Origin: Bdellovibrionales bacterium
GTDB lineage: Bacteria > Bdellovibrionota > Bdellovibrionia > Bdellovibrionales > UBA1609
NCBI GenBank assembly: GCA_965247685.1
Contig: OZ252021.1
Span: 1,140,001 to 1,172,000 of the forward strand
Length of the DNA: 32,000 nt
Direction of reading: 5' to 3'
This document shows, piece after piece, positions 1 through 9,922 of the stretch (positions are counted from its first letter, which is position 1; each line of letters starts with the position of its first letter). The translations under genes were made by a program, and so were the position numbers. Under the pieces are notes generated by a model, which was given only the letters and a program-made list of their open reading frames with translations, made no database searches and had not been told where the DNA came from.

Positions 1-1087
1 GACGAATATAATCTGGTTGAATATCCTTATGACCTTTTACAAGTAAGTTCTTTAAAAAAGTTATATCGTTTTCTTGAATATTGACATAAATGCGGGCTGT
101 TTGAAATGAAGGATGTATGTGAATAAGATGCTCTTGATCAATTTTTACTTTTAAAAAATTCTTATCTTTATATAATTGAAGAATTTTTTGAATGCCGTTT
201 TGAATTTTTATAATGTTTAAAATATCTCCTTTTTTTACTTGGAGTGTATCTTTAATTTCTTTTGATAAAATATGTTGATTGCCTTTAACAAGGATTTCTT
301 GAATACGAACTGCAGATCCTTCTTTTAAAATAATATTTAAAGTTACCATATTATCGTTGAATGAAATATCTTGGTGATAAAGTTGAGCTTGGACATACCC
401 TATTTGTCTCAGGTAATGCACAATAGATTGAAGATAAAGTTGAACTTTTTTTTCTTCAAAGTATTTCAGTTTAAATATGGAATTAGGATGATTCTTCAGG
501 AGATTTTTATAAAATTTTGAATCTTGAGACAATGATCCTGAAAAATTAATATTTTGAATAATAAATTTCTTACCTTCTTGAATGCTGAGCCGAATGTAAG
601 CTTTATTTTCACTTATTTGTTTTTTAATATTTGTTTGAATTTGAATTTTATAGTAAGCATTTTTTTTATAGTATTCTTGAATTTTTTTCATAGCTGTTTC
701 AGCAATATAAGGTGTCGCGAAAAAATCATTCTTATGTATTAAAGAGTAAAGGGTTAAAGTATTAACTTTTTGATTTCCTCGAAAAATAAAAAAATACTGA
801 ACAGGGTTTTCCACTTTAAAATTTAAAGCTTTTGAATTTGATTTTTGTATCGTGACCGAAGATTGGAGGTAATGGTGCTGAGTAAGATATTTTGTGATAA
901 CTGTGAGAATTTGCTGCTCATTCACAGTTTTTTGTGAATAGATATATTTTTTTACCATTTGTTGAAGTTCTTTTTGAAGTACTTTGTTAGTTGTTTGAAT
1001 ATTAATAGATTCATATTTTTTTGAGTAAGTGACAAAACAAAACATAACACTCAATAAAAAAATAAAACGAATTATTATTTTAAACAT
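1..1087 (-). CDS. Omp85-family outer-membrane protein assembly factor (BamA/TamA-like), N-terminal part; the C-terminus lies beyond the window start
   Basis: Absent from the supplied ORF track because there is no stop in the window. My translation of the minus strand from ATG 1087..1085 stays open to position 1. It gives MFKIIIRFIFLLSVMFCFVTYS (signal peptide) followed by repeated POTRA-like units (IRLSIQEGKKFIIQNINFSG; LNIILKEGSAVRIQEILVKGNQ; IYVNIQENDITFLKNLLVKGHK). The start lies 3 nt after the tamB-like stop. Confidence 0.7.
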   Translation of the reverse strand, partial: MFKIIIRFIFLLSVMFCFVTYSKKYESINIQTTNKVLQKELQQMVKKYIYSQKTVNEQQILTVITKYLTQHHYLQSSVTIQKSNSKALNFKVENPVQYFFIFRGNQKVNTLTLYSLIHKNDFFATPYIAETAMKKIQEYYKKNAYYKIQIQTNIKKQISENKAYIRLSIQEGKKFIIQNINFSGSLSQDSKFYKNLLKNHPNSIFKLKYFEEKKVQLYLQSIVHYLRQIGYVQAQLYHQDISFNDNMVTLNIILKEGSAVRIQEILVKGNQHILSKEIKDTLQVKKGDILNIIKIQNGIQKILQLYKDKNFLKVKIDQEHLIHIHPSFQTARIYVNIQENDITFLKNLLVKGHKDIQPDYIR

Positions 1088-1090
1088 TTT

Positions 1091-4000
1091 TTAAAAATCC
1101 AATTTATATTCTAATTCAATCCCTAAATTACTATCTTCTTGATTTTCTTCTTTATCATTTTCCCAAGAACCCAGTATAGAAAAATCAGGGGCTAAGTTAT
1201 ATTCGAGCTTAAAACTATTATAATCTTCGTCAATGGATTGTGTGTAAGAAGTATTAAGTTTTTTAAACCATCTTTTATGTAATTCAATTTTACTTGAAGG
1301 GGCGTTTTTCTGACTATTGATGTAGGATGTGATATAAATTTGAACACCCAGTAATTTATTGAGTTCTTTTCCAATAGTATCTTGAAAAAGCATAGAGCCA
1401 ATTTTATAGCCTGAATAACTTGCAATTTGGTTTACTTGCTGTGAAGGGTTGGTAAAACCAATCGATCGAGCTCCTAAAGCCATCATAGATAAAATTTCTT
1501 CTTCAGGCAGGCTAGGTTGGCTATTAAGCTTAAATTCAAAGTCATCTGCTTTTCCAGATACATTGGCCGTAATTTCATAAAGAGTAATTGTCTCTTTTTG
1601 ATTTTCATCTAGTTTTATTTCCTCAAAGTGGGTATTTCCTACGAGTTGAAACTGAGGATCTAATAAGGGCTGTGATTTGTATTGGAGCCACCCAGATTCT
1701 AGTTGAAAATCATACTCTCTTAAGTGAAGAATACTGTTTGGAATAAATCGGATTTCTCCTAATGTGATAGGATTGGTGAATTTGCCTTTTAAATTTAAGA
1801 AGCCATCTATTGATGCAGTAAATAAGGTATTTTCTAAAGAGAAAGGTTGTTGAAAGACGAGATTTATATCCCAATGGAATACATCTTTGCTGTCAGAAGG
1901 TTCAGGGAGTGTTTCTTCTAAAGATTGTAATTCTTCTTTAAAATATCCTGACTGAACAAAAAACTTTCCACTCATTAAATAAGGTATGCGATCTCCATAT
2001 ATTCTTAAACTTCCATATCCAAAACCTTGAATAGACTCATTGATATAAATACCAAAAGAACGTTTCAATTTAAAATTTAAGTCTATTGGAAAAAGATCTT
2101 TATTAAAAAATCCAACCATACCTGTACCTTCAACCTCTCCATTATAAGAGGTTTTAGCTGTCATTTCTTCAATATGAATTTGTTCATTTCGCAAAGATCC
2201 CTCAAGCTCTAGAGACTGTAAAATATCTATGTAGGATGTAATATTGAGTGTGCTATTAGAGATTTTAAAAGTTCCTGTGGGATTCCAATTGTTAAGATTA
2301 TTGTTGAATTTGATTTTTAGTTTTAAATCTCCTGTAACATTCTTGATGAAGGGTAAAAAGATATTTAAAAATTCCAAACGCATCAAACCTTGAACCCGTG
2401 TTTGACTCTTGCCTGAGGTTTTAAAAGAAACTTTTGAATTGTGGCTACTCCACTCTGAAAGAGAATCTTTTAAAAAAAATCTGCCTTTATTAAAGGTGAT
2501 GTAAGAAGGGGAGAGCATCTTTAATGGATAAGTACCATATTGAATATGTAATTTTTTTAAATCGAGATGACCTGTCATCAATTGAGGCTTATTCCAAGGG
2601 AAAGAAAGAGAAGTTTCTCCTGTAACGTTAGAATAAATTTGATTTGAAACAATTTTAGCAGGCCATAGTGAAATAAAATTCCAGTTCTTAAACTTTGCCT
2701 TAAAAGAGATAGGGGAGCTCTTATCCCATAAAGAAAATTGGATATTATCAGCATCTATTTGTTGATTAAATAATTGGGCAGATCCCTTGAACTTTTGAGA
2801 TTTAAAATCAAAGTGAACCTGAGAGTTGCCTAAACTCACAAGTTGATGGCGAAGAGAATCTAATTGGATTTTTATATGACCGACAGGGGATTGAAATGTT
2901 CCATTAATAAGAGATTGAAATTGTAAAGTACCAGAAAGTAAAGCCCAATTTTGTGTGGTTTGAGATTTTTCCAGAAATAAGTTTTGACCATTTATTTTTA
3001 AGTTGAGTTTTTTGGAAAATGTATTGAAACGCCCCGTTAAAGAGATGCGACCTTTAATTTTCTCCAATAAACCTTTGGTAATAGTTGCTCGGCCTTTTTT
3101 AGAATTGATATTTAAAGTTAGGCTTTTAAAAAAATCATCTTGGATTTTAATATTCTTGAATTGAGAGGTTATTTTATAATTCAATTTTTTAGTATTCAAA
3201 GGGCTGTCAATAAAAAGCTTCAAACGACCTTTTCCTACTACAGACAAAGATAGAGGTAGAAAGTGATCAAGAGTTTCAACAATGTCTTCTAAAAATAAAT
3301 ACTTTGATTGCATTTTTGCGTTCATCCATTCTTTTTGTATGAGAAAAGAAATATCTCCTGTATAGCGGCTTTGTCCTTTTTGTGCTTTAATGTTTTTTAG
3401 TTGAACTTGACTAGGAGTGAGATACAGTTGGGTTGTTGCATTTCCGAAATTGATTTGATTCCATTTGAAATTTTTTATTTTTAAGTGAGATTGGATAGAT
3501 AAAGTTTTTTGGTTGTCATCCCATTCTAAAGTTCCCTTTGTTAATTCGGTTTGACCTTGGATTTTTTGATCAAAAAAGTTTTGAAAATTAAAGGTGTCAA
3601 AATTTCCGTGAAAAGAAATGAACAGCTTATTGTTATTAGTCTCACTTCCTTTAAAATAGATTTGAGACTTATAACCTTTGACAACTCCTTGAGTGAAAAA
3701 TTCATCATTAGATGCATTCCAAGACCAATCACCCTTTATTTGAAGGGGATATAGAGTGATATTCAAAGTATTTTTTTCAATAATAGAAAAATTATCAAGC
3801 TTTGCATCTATGGAACATTTTATTTGTAAATTTTCAAGTTCTCCTTTGCACTTGCCTTCTAAAGGGGTTGTAAATTGAAAAGAAGTATTCCAATTAAAAA
3901 TAGCTTCTATGTCTTTAAAATTTTTAATATGAGAAAAATGATTAAATTGAAAACTCTTCTTAGAGTTCCATTCTAATTTTGCATCTTCTATAAAACTCGT

Positions 4001-4957
4001 CCATCCATCTTTTTTTTCTAAATGAATAAGGTTCCACTGTGCACCTTTTTGATCGATTTTTCCTTGAGCTTTCATTTGAGATAAGAAGAGATTTTTAAAA
4101 CGAAGATTTTGAATTTGTATATCGAAACCTCCTTCCCATTTCTTTTTTGTACTGTAATTCATTTGAGCTCGAATGTTCCAAACACCTTCTGTAGAAAGTG
4201 GAGTGTCTTTCCATAAGGATATCCAAGGTAAAGCAGATTGAATGTCCCATTTTGTTTCTATATTGAGTGAAATGTTTTGCATTAAAGGCCAATCTTTCCA
4301 CTCTCCATTAATGGAAGCACTCGATTCATTATCTGTGAGTTGAAGGGCGGCAAAATGAATCTTTTGTTCTGTGATGAAAAAATGAGATTGTAAATGAAGT
4401 TTGGATTTTTGAAATCGTAGATCAGAATCTACCTTCACTTGAATTTTTTCAGAATAGTTAGTGGCATGAAATCGAGTTATAGGAGATGAAATAGAGCCGC
4501 GAGGAATATATGCTTTCCACTGGAGACGTTCAACGACAAAATGATGGATAGGTAGGTTTTGAACAAAATTAAAAATTTCCTTCCATGCCATTTGATCACG
4601 ATCTTTTATTTTTGCAACATAGTTCAAATTAGAGATGCTTATATTGATAAAGATTTTTCTTTTAATTAAAGAAGTCCATGGAGCTACTTGAAAAACAATT
4701 TTTTGCGGGTGAAAGTTTTTTTGAATTTCTGGATATTGTATCTGAACCTGATGAAGTTCTGCCTTAAGTAGCCAAGATTGTACATTGAGTTTTTCCCATT
4801 GAATTTTTGTATCCGGAATATTTTGAAGAGAAGAAAGTACTTGCTGATGAAACCATGGATGAAACCATATTTTTGAAACTGAGATCGCAATCACAAAAAT
4901 TGAAACAACAAGAGCAATGTAGACTTTGTTCTTCATAAGTGATTCCTTATTTTCCAC
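1091..4957 (-). CDS. tamB: TamB-like translocation and assembly module protein (AsmA-like/DUF490 family), 1288 aa
   Basis: N-terminal membrane anchor (VYIALVVSIFVIAISV). The long body is beta-rich and low in complexity. The C-terminus is typical of DUF490 (ILSMMALGARS ... LGIELEYKLDF, ending in Phe). It sits directly upstream of an Omp85 gene. Confidence 0.75.
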   Translation of the reverse strand: MENKESLMKNKVYIALVVSIFVIAISVSKIWFHPWFHQQVLSSLQNIPDTKIQWEKLNVQSWLLKAELHQVQIQYPEIQKNFHPQKIVFQVAPWTSLIKRKIFINISISNLNYVAKIKDRDQMAWKEIFNFVQNLPIHHFVVERLQWKAYIPRGSISSPITRFHATNYSEKIQVKVDSDLRFQKSKLHLQSHFFITEQKIHFAALQLTDNESSASINGEWKDWPLMQNISLNIETKWDIQSALPWISLWKDTPLSTEGVWNIRAQMNYSTKKKWEGGFDIQIQNLRFKNLFLSQMKAQGKIDQKGAQWNLIHLEKKDGWTSFIEDAKLEWNSKKSFQFNHFSHIKNFKDIEAIFNWNTSFQFTTPLEGKCKGELENLQIKCSIDAKLDNFSIIEKNTLNITLYPLQIKGDWSWNASNDEFFTQGVVKGYKSQIYFKGSETNNNKLFISFHGNFDTFNFQNFFDQKIQGQTELTKGTLEWDDNQKTLSIQSHLKIKNFKWNQINFGNATTQLYLTPSQVQLKNIKAQKGQSRYTGDISFLIQKEWMNAKMQSKYLFLEDIVETLDHFLPLSLSVVGKGRLKLFIDSPLNTKKLNYKITSQFKNIKIQDDFFKSLTLNINSKKGRATITKGLLEKIKGRISLTGRFNTFSKKLNLKINGQNLFLEKSQTTQNWALLSGTLQFQSLINGTFQSPVGHIKIQLDSLRHQLVSLGNSQVHFDFKSQKFKGSAQLFNQQIDADNIQFSLWDKSSPISFKAKFKNWNFISLWPAKIVSNQIYSNVTGETSLSFPWNKPQLMTGHLDLKKLHIQYGTYPLKMLSPSYITFNKGRFFLKDSLSEWSSHNSKVSFKTSGKSQTRVQGLMRLEFLNIFLPFIKNVTGDLKLKIKFNNNLNNWNPTGTFKISNSTLNITSYIDILQSLELEGSLRNEQIHIEEMTAKTSYNGEVEGTGMVGFFNKDLFPIDLNFKLKRSFGIYINESIQGFGYGSLRIYGDRIPYLMSGKFFVQSGYFKEELQSLEETLPEPSDSKDVFHWDINLVFQQPFSLENTLFTASIDGFLNLKGKFTNPITLGEIRFIPNSILHLREYDFQLESGWLQYKSQPLLDPQFQLVGNTHFEEIKLDENQKETITLYEITANVSGKADDFEFKLNSQPSLPEEEILSMMALGARSIGFTNPSQQVNQIASYSGYKIGSMLFQDTIGKELNKLLGVQIYITSYINSQKNAPSSKIELHKRWFKKLNTSYTQSIDEDYNSFKLEYNLAPDFSILGSWENDKEENQEDSNLGIELEYKLDF

Positions 4958-5970
4958 TGTGATAAAAGTTCTTGAGCGAGTCGATAACGAGGTCTAACTT
5001 TAACTAAATCTTCTAATGTTTTTTGAGCTTTGTCGTACTCTTTTAATCCATAATAGGCTTGAGCTTTAGCATATATTAAAGAGAAGGTTTCTTCTGATGA
5101 AAGAGAATTTTTTGAAAAAAGTTGGTCCACAAAAGTCAGACAGAGAAAAAATTGTTTAGATTCTAAAAGAAGCTCTAGGTAAAGCCATTTTCGATCTCCT
5201 GTATTCAGATGCTCTTTTAAAAATTCGATAGCTAAATCGTTATACCCTGTAGAAATAAGAATGATAGCCATGTCATTGATATGTTCTGGTTTTGTTTGAG
5301 CTAAGTTTTTAAAATGCTCCATTATTTTTTGAACTTGTTGTTTCATCTCTTTTTGTGAAGGTTGCATTCGATAGGAATCATAGAGATAATGGGTGTTGGT
5401 CGTTTTATATTCATTGAGAGTGTCTATAGCTCGCTTTCTTTCATATTCTTTTTTTAATTTTTGAAAAAATAGATTCTTACTATCCATTTTTAAAAGCTGA
5501 TCAATGATTTGTTTTTCTTTTTTAAGTAACTTTTGAGAATGAGCAATTTGAAGTTCTTTTTCTAGATCCAATTGAAGATTCTCGTGATTTTGATAATAAT
5601 TTTTTAGATGAGTATTTTGTAATTCTAGTAATTGCTCATCTTCTTTTATACATGAAGATCCAAATAAATACATCCAATCATCTTCGGATGAGTGAGAAAT
5701 AAAACTTTCTATCATTTCTGACTGCATTTCTGTTTGATATTTATTGATGATGAAAAAAAAATAATACCAAGAAATGTGTTCTTCTTTTCTTAATTGTTGA
5801 GCTAAGGATTGGACTAGTGTTTTGTAAAGTCCGACAGAAACCAAAAACTGATAATATGCATGATAATCTTGAAAATTGTTCAACTGTGATTCTAATTTTT
5901 TTATGATCTCTTTGATGCCAAGACCTTGCTTGGAGAGTTGGACAATAGTTTTATCTAGCTGTGTACTCAT
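4933..5970 (-). CDS. Hypothetical helical-repeat protein with a TPR-like C-terminus
   Basis: 345-aa ORF. The C-terminal AQAYYGLKEYDKAQKTLEDLVKVRP resembles a TPR unit. It overlaps the tamB-like start by 25 nt, so it probably belongs to the same operon. Confidence 0.5.
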   Translation of the reverse strand: MSTQLDKTIVQLSKQGLGIKEIIKKLESQLNNFQDYHAYYQFLVSVGLYKTLVQSLAQQLRKEEHISWYYFFFIINKYQTEMQSEMIESFISHSSEDDWMYLFGSSCIKEDEQLLELQNTHLKNYYQNHENLQLDLEKELQIAHSQKLLKKEKQIIDQLLKMDSKNLFFQKLKKEYERKRAIDTLNEYKTTNTHYLYDSYRMQPSQKEMKQQVQKIMEHFKNLAQTKPEHINDMAIILISTGYNDLAIEFLKEHLNTGDRKWLYLELLLESKQFFLCLTFVDQLFSKNSLSSEETFSLIYAKAQAYYGLKEYDKAQKTLEDLVKVRPRYRLAQELLSQWKIRNHL

Positions 5971-6074
5971 TATTTTTTAATTTAACATAAAATATAAATG
6001 AATGAGTAATAAATTTCTGCCCCATATTCTATTGTGAAGAATATGTTAAGATGGAATCTTAAAAGTTTTGCGAA

Positions 6075-6275
6075 TTATTCGGCAGATGGAGTAGACTCAG
6101 GATTGCTCGTGACTTGGTTTCCTTTGTACCAACCGCATGAGCGGCATAGGCGGTGAGGCATCACTGTACCTCCACAATTAGAGCAAGTGCTAAAACTGAA
6201 GTGGTTGATTCTTAAGTGAGAACGTCTCATTCTTTTCTTAGAACGACTAATCCTACTCTTAGGAACTGTTGCCAT
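6075..6275 (-). CDS. rpmF: 50S ribosomal protein L32 (Zn-ribbon, C+ form)
   Basis: MATVPKSRISRSKKRMRRSH N-terminus plus CSNC...CRSC cysteine pairs. Confidence 0.9.
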   Translation of the reverse strand: MATVPKSRISRSKKRMRRSHLRINHFSFSTCSNCGGTVMPHRLCRSCGWYKGNQVTSNPESTPSAE

Positions 6276-6331
6276 AGATAACCTCTGTTGTAGGAATCGA
6301 AAATGACACGAAATGCATAAGGAATCAAGAA

Positions 6332-7672
6332 TTATTCTAGCGAATGAGCTGGAGGAGACCCCAGAAAAGCTCTTGTCAATAAAGAAGGATCGACTAAAAA
6401 TTCATTAAATTCTTCCACTGAAGCAGGAGTTCTTGTTTTTTGTGGTAATTTTTGGACTGGTTTCTGGATTTTTTCTTTTTTAGAGAGATCTTTTTGAAGT
6501 TGAAATAAGGAGTAAGAGTTTTCTTCATCAGAATGCATCACGTAGCCGGCTTGCTGATCACTGGTTTGTCCAGAAGCAGTGCTATATTCTATTTTTCTTC
6601 CGTTCACAGCCACCCGGAAATCTTCTAAACTCAAAGCTTTGTAAAAGTTCGCTCTCCCCCCTGTTTTGCTTTTGTCTTTTAATGAGAATTTAAAGTCTAC
6701 ACTTTTTGTTAAATATTTAATAATTTCTGAAGGGCGGCGGATATTCTTATGATTTTTCAAAAGCACTGCTCCGCCTGAAAAGATAGGGGTGGATTGAGAT
6801 GTTCCTGTCAAAAATCCACATCTATTATGAGGCAGAGTTGAGTAAATTTTTGTTCCAGGAGCATGTACTTGTACAGTTTTTCCTCGATTTGAAAACTTAG
6901 AATGATGATCGGATTGATCGGAAGAGCCTACAGATAAAATATTGGGAAGGTTATAACTAGCAGGGTAGTAGTGCTTTTGATCAATATTAGAGCCTTGATT
7001 TCCTGCCGCCGTGATAAAAAGTATGTTTTGTTGGAATGCTTGATAAATAGAATTTTTTTCATCCTCGTTAGGGTAAGAGCCGCCTCCGGAGAAATTAATA
7101 ATATGAGCTCCATTATTTACAGCATATTGAATAGATTTAATTGTATTTTTTAAATTAGAAGATCCTCTTCCTTTTTTTGCAGAGTAATACTTTAAGATCA
7201 TCAAACTCACATTAGGAGCAATTCCAGGTTGGCAGATTTTTCCTTGACCTCCAATGATACCCGCCACATGTGTGCCATGCCCATGATAATCCATTACTTG
7301 AGAATTATTATCTGCAAAATTCCAACCGTGAATATCATCCACAAACCCATTGTTATCGTCATCAACACCAGCTTTTCCGTTTTTTTCTTTGGAGTTCACC
7401 CATAGGTTTTCTTTTAAATCGATATGATGAGTGTCCATTCCTGTATCGATAATAGCCACAATAGTATTTTTATTTCCTTTAGAAATTTGCCAAGCTTTTT
7501 CGGTTTGAGTCACCTTAAGATGCCATTCTAAATTATCTTTTTGAGGGAGAGAGTGTGTTTTTCCAAGACGGATAATACGGCTTTTTTTCCTCTGATTCAC
7601 ATGACGTTCTTCTAAATGAAAACAGGAGATTAAAAAGAAAGATATTAATAAGATGGAGAGCTTAAAGTTCAT
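6332..7672 (-). CDS. Subtilisin-like (S8) serine protease, probable lipoprotein
   Basis: Catalytic triad motifs AIIDTGMD (Asp), HGHGTHVAG (His) and GTSQSTP (Ser), plus AAGNQG (oxyanion Asn). Lipobox FLISC follows the signal peptide. Confidence 0.9.
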   Translation of the reverse strand: MNFKLSILLISFFLISCFHLEERHVNQRKKSRIIRLGKTHSLPQKDNLEWHLKVTQTEKAWQISKGNKNTIVAIIDTGMDTHHIDLKENLWVNSKEKNGKAGVDDDNNGFVDDIHGWNFADNNSQVMDYHGHGTHVAGIIGGQGKICQPGIAPNVSLMILKYYSAKKGRGSSNLKNTIKSIQYAVNNGAHIINFSGGGSYPNEDEKNSIYQAFQQNILFITAAGNQGSNIDQKHYYPASYNLPNILSVGSSDQSDHHSKFSNRGKTVQVHAPGTKIYSTLPHNRCGFLTGTSQSTPIFSGGAVLLKNHKNIRRPSEIIKYLTKSVDFKFSLKDKSKTGGRANFYKALSLEDFRVAVNGRKIEYSTASGQTSDQQAGYVMHSDEENSYSLFQLQKDLSKKEKIQKPVQKLPQKTRTPASVEEFNEFLVDPSLLTRAFLGSPPAHSLE

Positions 7673-7832
7673 ATTTCATCCTTAAAGTGATTAACTATCT
7701 TTAAATCGGTATAAATAACATTATAGTTAAAAACTAACCATAAGTCTAGTTTTAAATACAGACTGAAATCTTAGTTAAAAAGTCCTAAGACTTTAAGCTG
7801 ATTTTTCCGTTTATAAATTGAAGGAATAGAAT

Positions 7833-9461
7833 ATGAAAATCAGTTTATCTTTATTATTTGTTTTTACATTGGCCTTAAGTTCATGTCAGGGGCTTTTAAA
7901 TGAGAATAATCTAGGCTCACTTGGATCTCCTCATACTTTTTCTGATTTGACACCACTTTATTGTTCTAACAGGGTTTCATCTTTTCATGATACAAAAGTA
8001 TTGTTTGTTATTGATAAAACTTTCAATAACAGAAGAGTAGACCCAAAAGGACTTCAAATAGAAAATATAAAAAATCTAGTTCAAAATAATAAAGAAAACA
8101 TTTATTATGGCGTTCTTGCTTTTTCAAAGGGGAAGGTATTGAGTCCACTGTCTACTTATAATGTTCCTATTTTTACCTCTGATCGTGAACAAGTCATTCA
8201 AGCTTTATCTCATTTAGAAAAACAAAAAAATGCAGGAAGAGTGAACTACTCTCAGCTTTTTAAATCTATAAAGAAGGCTTTAGATTATGATGTTCGTATG
8301 AATGGAAAAACAGTCATCGATTATCATGTACTATTTGTTTCCGGAGATTCTTTAAAAGCTTCAGAAAAAGAAAAAGAATTTTTTGCCCACCAGCTAAGTG
8401 AAATGAGCACAAATTCACCAATCAATAATGTTTATGTTCACTCTTTTTATTATGGTGAAAATAAAGAGAGTTCTTCTACGAAGGGCATAGTGGGCGAAAT
8501 TTTTAGAAAAGGAACGAATATTACACTACAAGCCTATCTCATTGCTCAGGGTGTATGGATTCCGGTTTCTAGAGTCTTTGATCAACCTTCTGAAGAAGAA
8601 GAGCCAGAAGATAATCAACATGTAGAGTTTTTAAAATCTATTTCTTCATCAGGCCAATATATCGATCAAAAAGAATTTTCAGAGTGGAATTTTAAATGGA
8701 CTAAACCTTGGAAAATTAAGCATTTTATGGTTTACAACGTGAATGCTTCAGAGTGTTTAGATGGAGTGATGGGACTTGATTCTGATCGAGATGGATTGTG
8801 TGATATGGACGAAATTTCTATGGAAGGTTTTAATCCTCAGAGTCGATTTAGTTTTAAAGATGGTTATAGTGATGCTTTTCATTTTTTAGCATTATCTAAG
8901 AGTTTCATATTGCCAGACTGCACAGATAAATTGGATTTGGATCATGACTTGCTGACTCATTGTGAGGAGCAATATATTAATTCTATTGAAAGTTCTTTTC
9001 CTCCTCTTCAAGTGGATAATCCAGATTCTGACGAGGATGGAGTGATTGATGGAGTAGAAACTCTTCTATTTTTAAGGACTCAGTTTTTAGCGGCCCGGGA
9101 TCCTCATAATATTTCAAACAGTGAAGTTAATATCAAAGAACAAGTGGCTTTAACTCATCCACATAATGATCAGTTGCAATACGAAACAGAGCTCATTGCT
9201 CTCAAAGGCGATCAATCTAGTTGTTATGCGTTAAAGCAAGAAATTATGCCTGTTTATTCTGAAAATGACGACTATGAATCAGCAGGAAGTTACGAAAATT
9301 TGATTTTAGTTTACTTTTTAAGAGAGCAGCAAAACTCAAACAAGCGTATTTATCAATTTAAGTATGAAAAAGTACAATCTGAGGAGTCCTTTACCACTCA
9401 GCCTTTTTATTCTTCAGTGCAGGATGACCAGCTGAAGCATTATTCTTTTTCCAGTCGCTGA
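7833..9461 (+). CDS. Hypothetical lipoprotein with a possible vWA-like N-terminal region and thrombospondin-type-3-like Ca-binding repeats
   Basis: Lipobox LALSSC. VLFVIDKTFNN resembles a degenerate MIDAS strand. DSDRDGLCDMDE and DSDEDGVIDGVE fit DxDxDGxxDxxD/E. A GAAGGA SD precedes the ATG. Confidence 0.55.
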   Translation: MKISLSLLFVFTLALSSCQGLLNENNLGSLGSPHTFSDLTPLYCSNRVSSFHDTKVLFVIDKTFNNRRVDPKGLQIENIKNLVQNNKENIYYGVLAFSKGKVLSPLSTYNVPIFTSDREQVIQALSHLEKQKNAGRVNYSQLFKSIKKALDYDVRMNGKTVIDYHVLFVSGDSLKASEKEKEFFAHQLSEMSTNSPINNVYVHSFYYGENKESSSTKGIVGEIFRKGTNITLQAYLIAQGVWIPVSRVFDQPSEEEEPEDNQHVEFLKSISSSGQYIDQKEFSEWNFKWTKPWKIKHFMVYNVNASECLDGVMGLDSDRDGLCDMDEISMEGFNPQSRFSFKDGYSDAFHFLALSKSFILPDCTDKLDLDHDLLTHCEEQYINSIESSFPPLQVDNPDSDEDGVIDGVETLLFLRTQFLAARDPHNISNSEVNIKEQVALTHPHNDQLQYETELIALKGDQSSCYALKQEIMPVYSENDDYESAGSYENLILVYFLREQQNSNKRIYQFKYEKVQSEESFTTQPFYSSVQDDQLKHYSFSSR

Positions 9462-9561
9462 GCTCAAAACTCAAAAAAATGGAGCTGATGGGTTGTGATT
9501 ATTTCAAAAATAATAATACTTTACATTGACCATCTAATGATCTACTTTTAATCTCTATAAT

Positions 9562-9888
9562 ATGGACTTCATGGGTTTACACATGGCTTTAGAAACTCAA
9601 TTATCTTCAAAAGTATATGATATTCAAATTAGCGGCTGTTCGCTGAAGATCAAAAGTGATCAAGATACAGGAAAAGTAAAGCACCTTATTCAAATGGTTG
9701 AAGAGAAGGTGCAAGAATCTTTGAAAAACAACAGCAGTGCTTCTGTTCAAAAAGCATTGATTTTATCCTGTCTCAATTTTGCAGAAGATCACCATACTTT
9801 GAAGGAAAATGTATTAAAAGAGCTTTCTTATATGGAGTGCAAATTGCAATCCATTGCCTCCCAGTTGAAGTCTAAACAGTCTTTATAA
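9562..9888 (+). CDS. zapA: Cell division protein ZapA-like
   Basis: About 100-aa protein. YDIQISGCSLKIKSD is followed by a helical region and LILSCLNFAEDHHTLKE, a ZapA-like pattern. It lies directly upstream of a 5-formyl-THF cyclo-ligase gene, as in the E. coli zapA-ssrS-ygfA locus. The true start may be the ATG at 9574 or 9583. Confidence 0.6.
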   Translation: MDFMGLHMALETQLSSKVYDIQISGCSLKIKSDQDTGKVKHLIQMVEEKVQESLKNNSSASVQKALILSCLNFAEDHHTLKENVLKELSYMECKLQSIASQLKSKQSL

Positions 9889-9922
9889 TTTTTTAATTAT
9901 AAAGACTATTAAGGAGTTCATA

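Noticed and set aside
554-742. 62-aa plus-strand ORF from the six-frame track
   Set aside because: It lies antisense within the open Omp85/BamA-like reading frame (1-1087, minus strand). The product is low-complexity and Phe/Ile-rich, typical of antisense A+T-rich coding DNA.
1192-4890. Five short ORFs nested in the tamB-like gene (1192-1425, 3541-3732, 3551-3754, 4095-4301, 4684-4890)
   Set aside because: All are fully contained in a 3.9-kb ORF with recognisable family features. They have no SD and no motifs, so they are most likely frame-shadow ORFs.
6928-7452. Short ORFs inside the S8 protease gene (6928-7113, 6971-7153, 7270-7452)
   Set aside because: They are nested in a gene whose catalytic triad is intact in the annotated frame, so they are spurious.
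9440-9500. Searched gene ends (for example after 9461, 13750, 26673 and the convergent pairs at 20290/20293 and 13750/13765) for rho-independent terminators
   Set aside because: I found only 5-bp stems with long loops (for example AGCTC...GAGCT after 9461) and no G+C-rich hairpin with a U-tract, so none is reported.
9556-9561. TATAAT immediately before the annotated zapA ATG as a promoter
   Set aside because: There is no acceptable -35 at 16-19 bp (TTGACC is 24 bp away), and it would require a downstream start codon. It is noted only as a reason for uncertainty about the zapA start.
9889-9922. Looked for a 6S RNA (ssrS) between zapA and the 5-formyl-THF cyclo-ligase gene, as in E. coli
   Set aside because: The gap is only 34 nt and is occupied by an AAGGAG SD. 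The 100-nt spacer upstream of zapA is also too short for a 6S RNA of about 180 nt.
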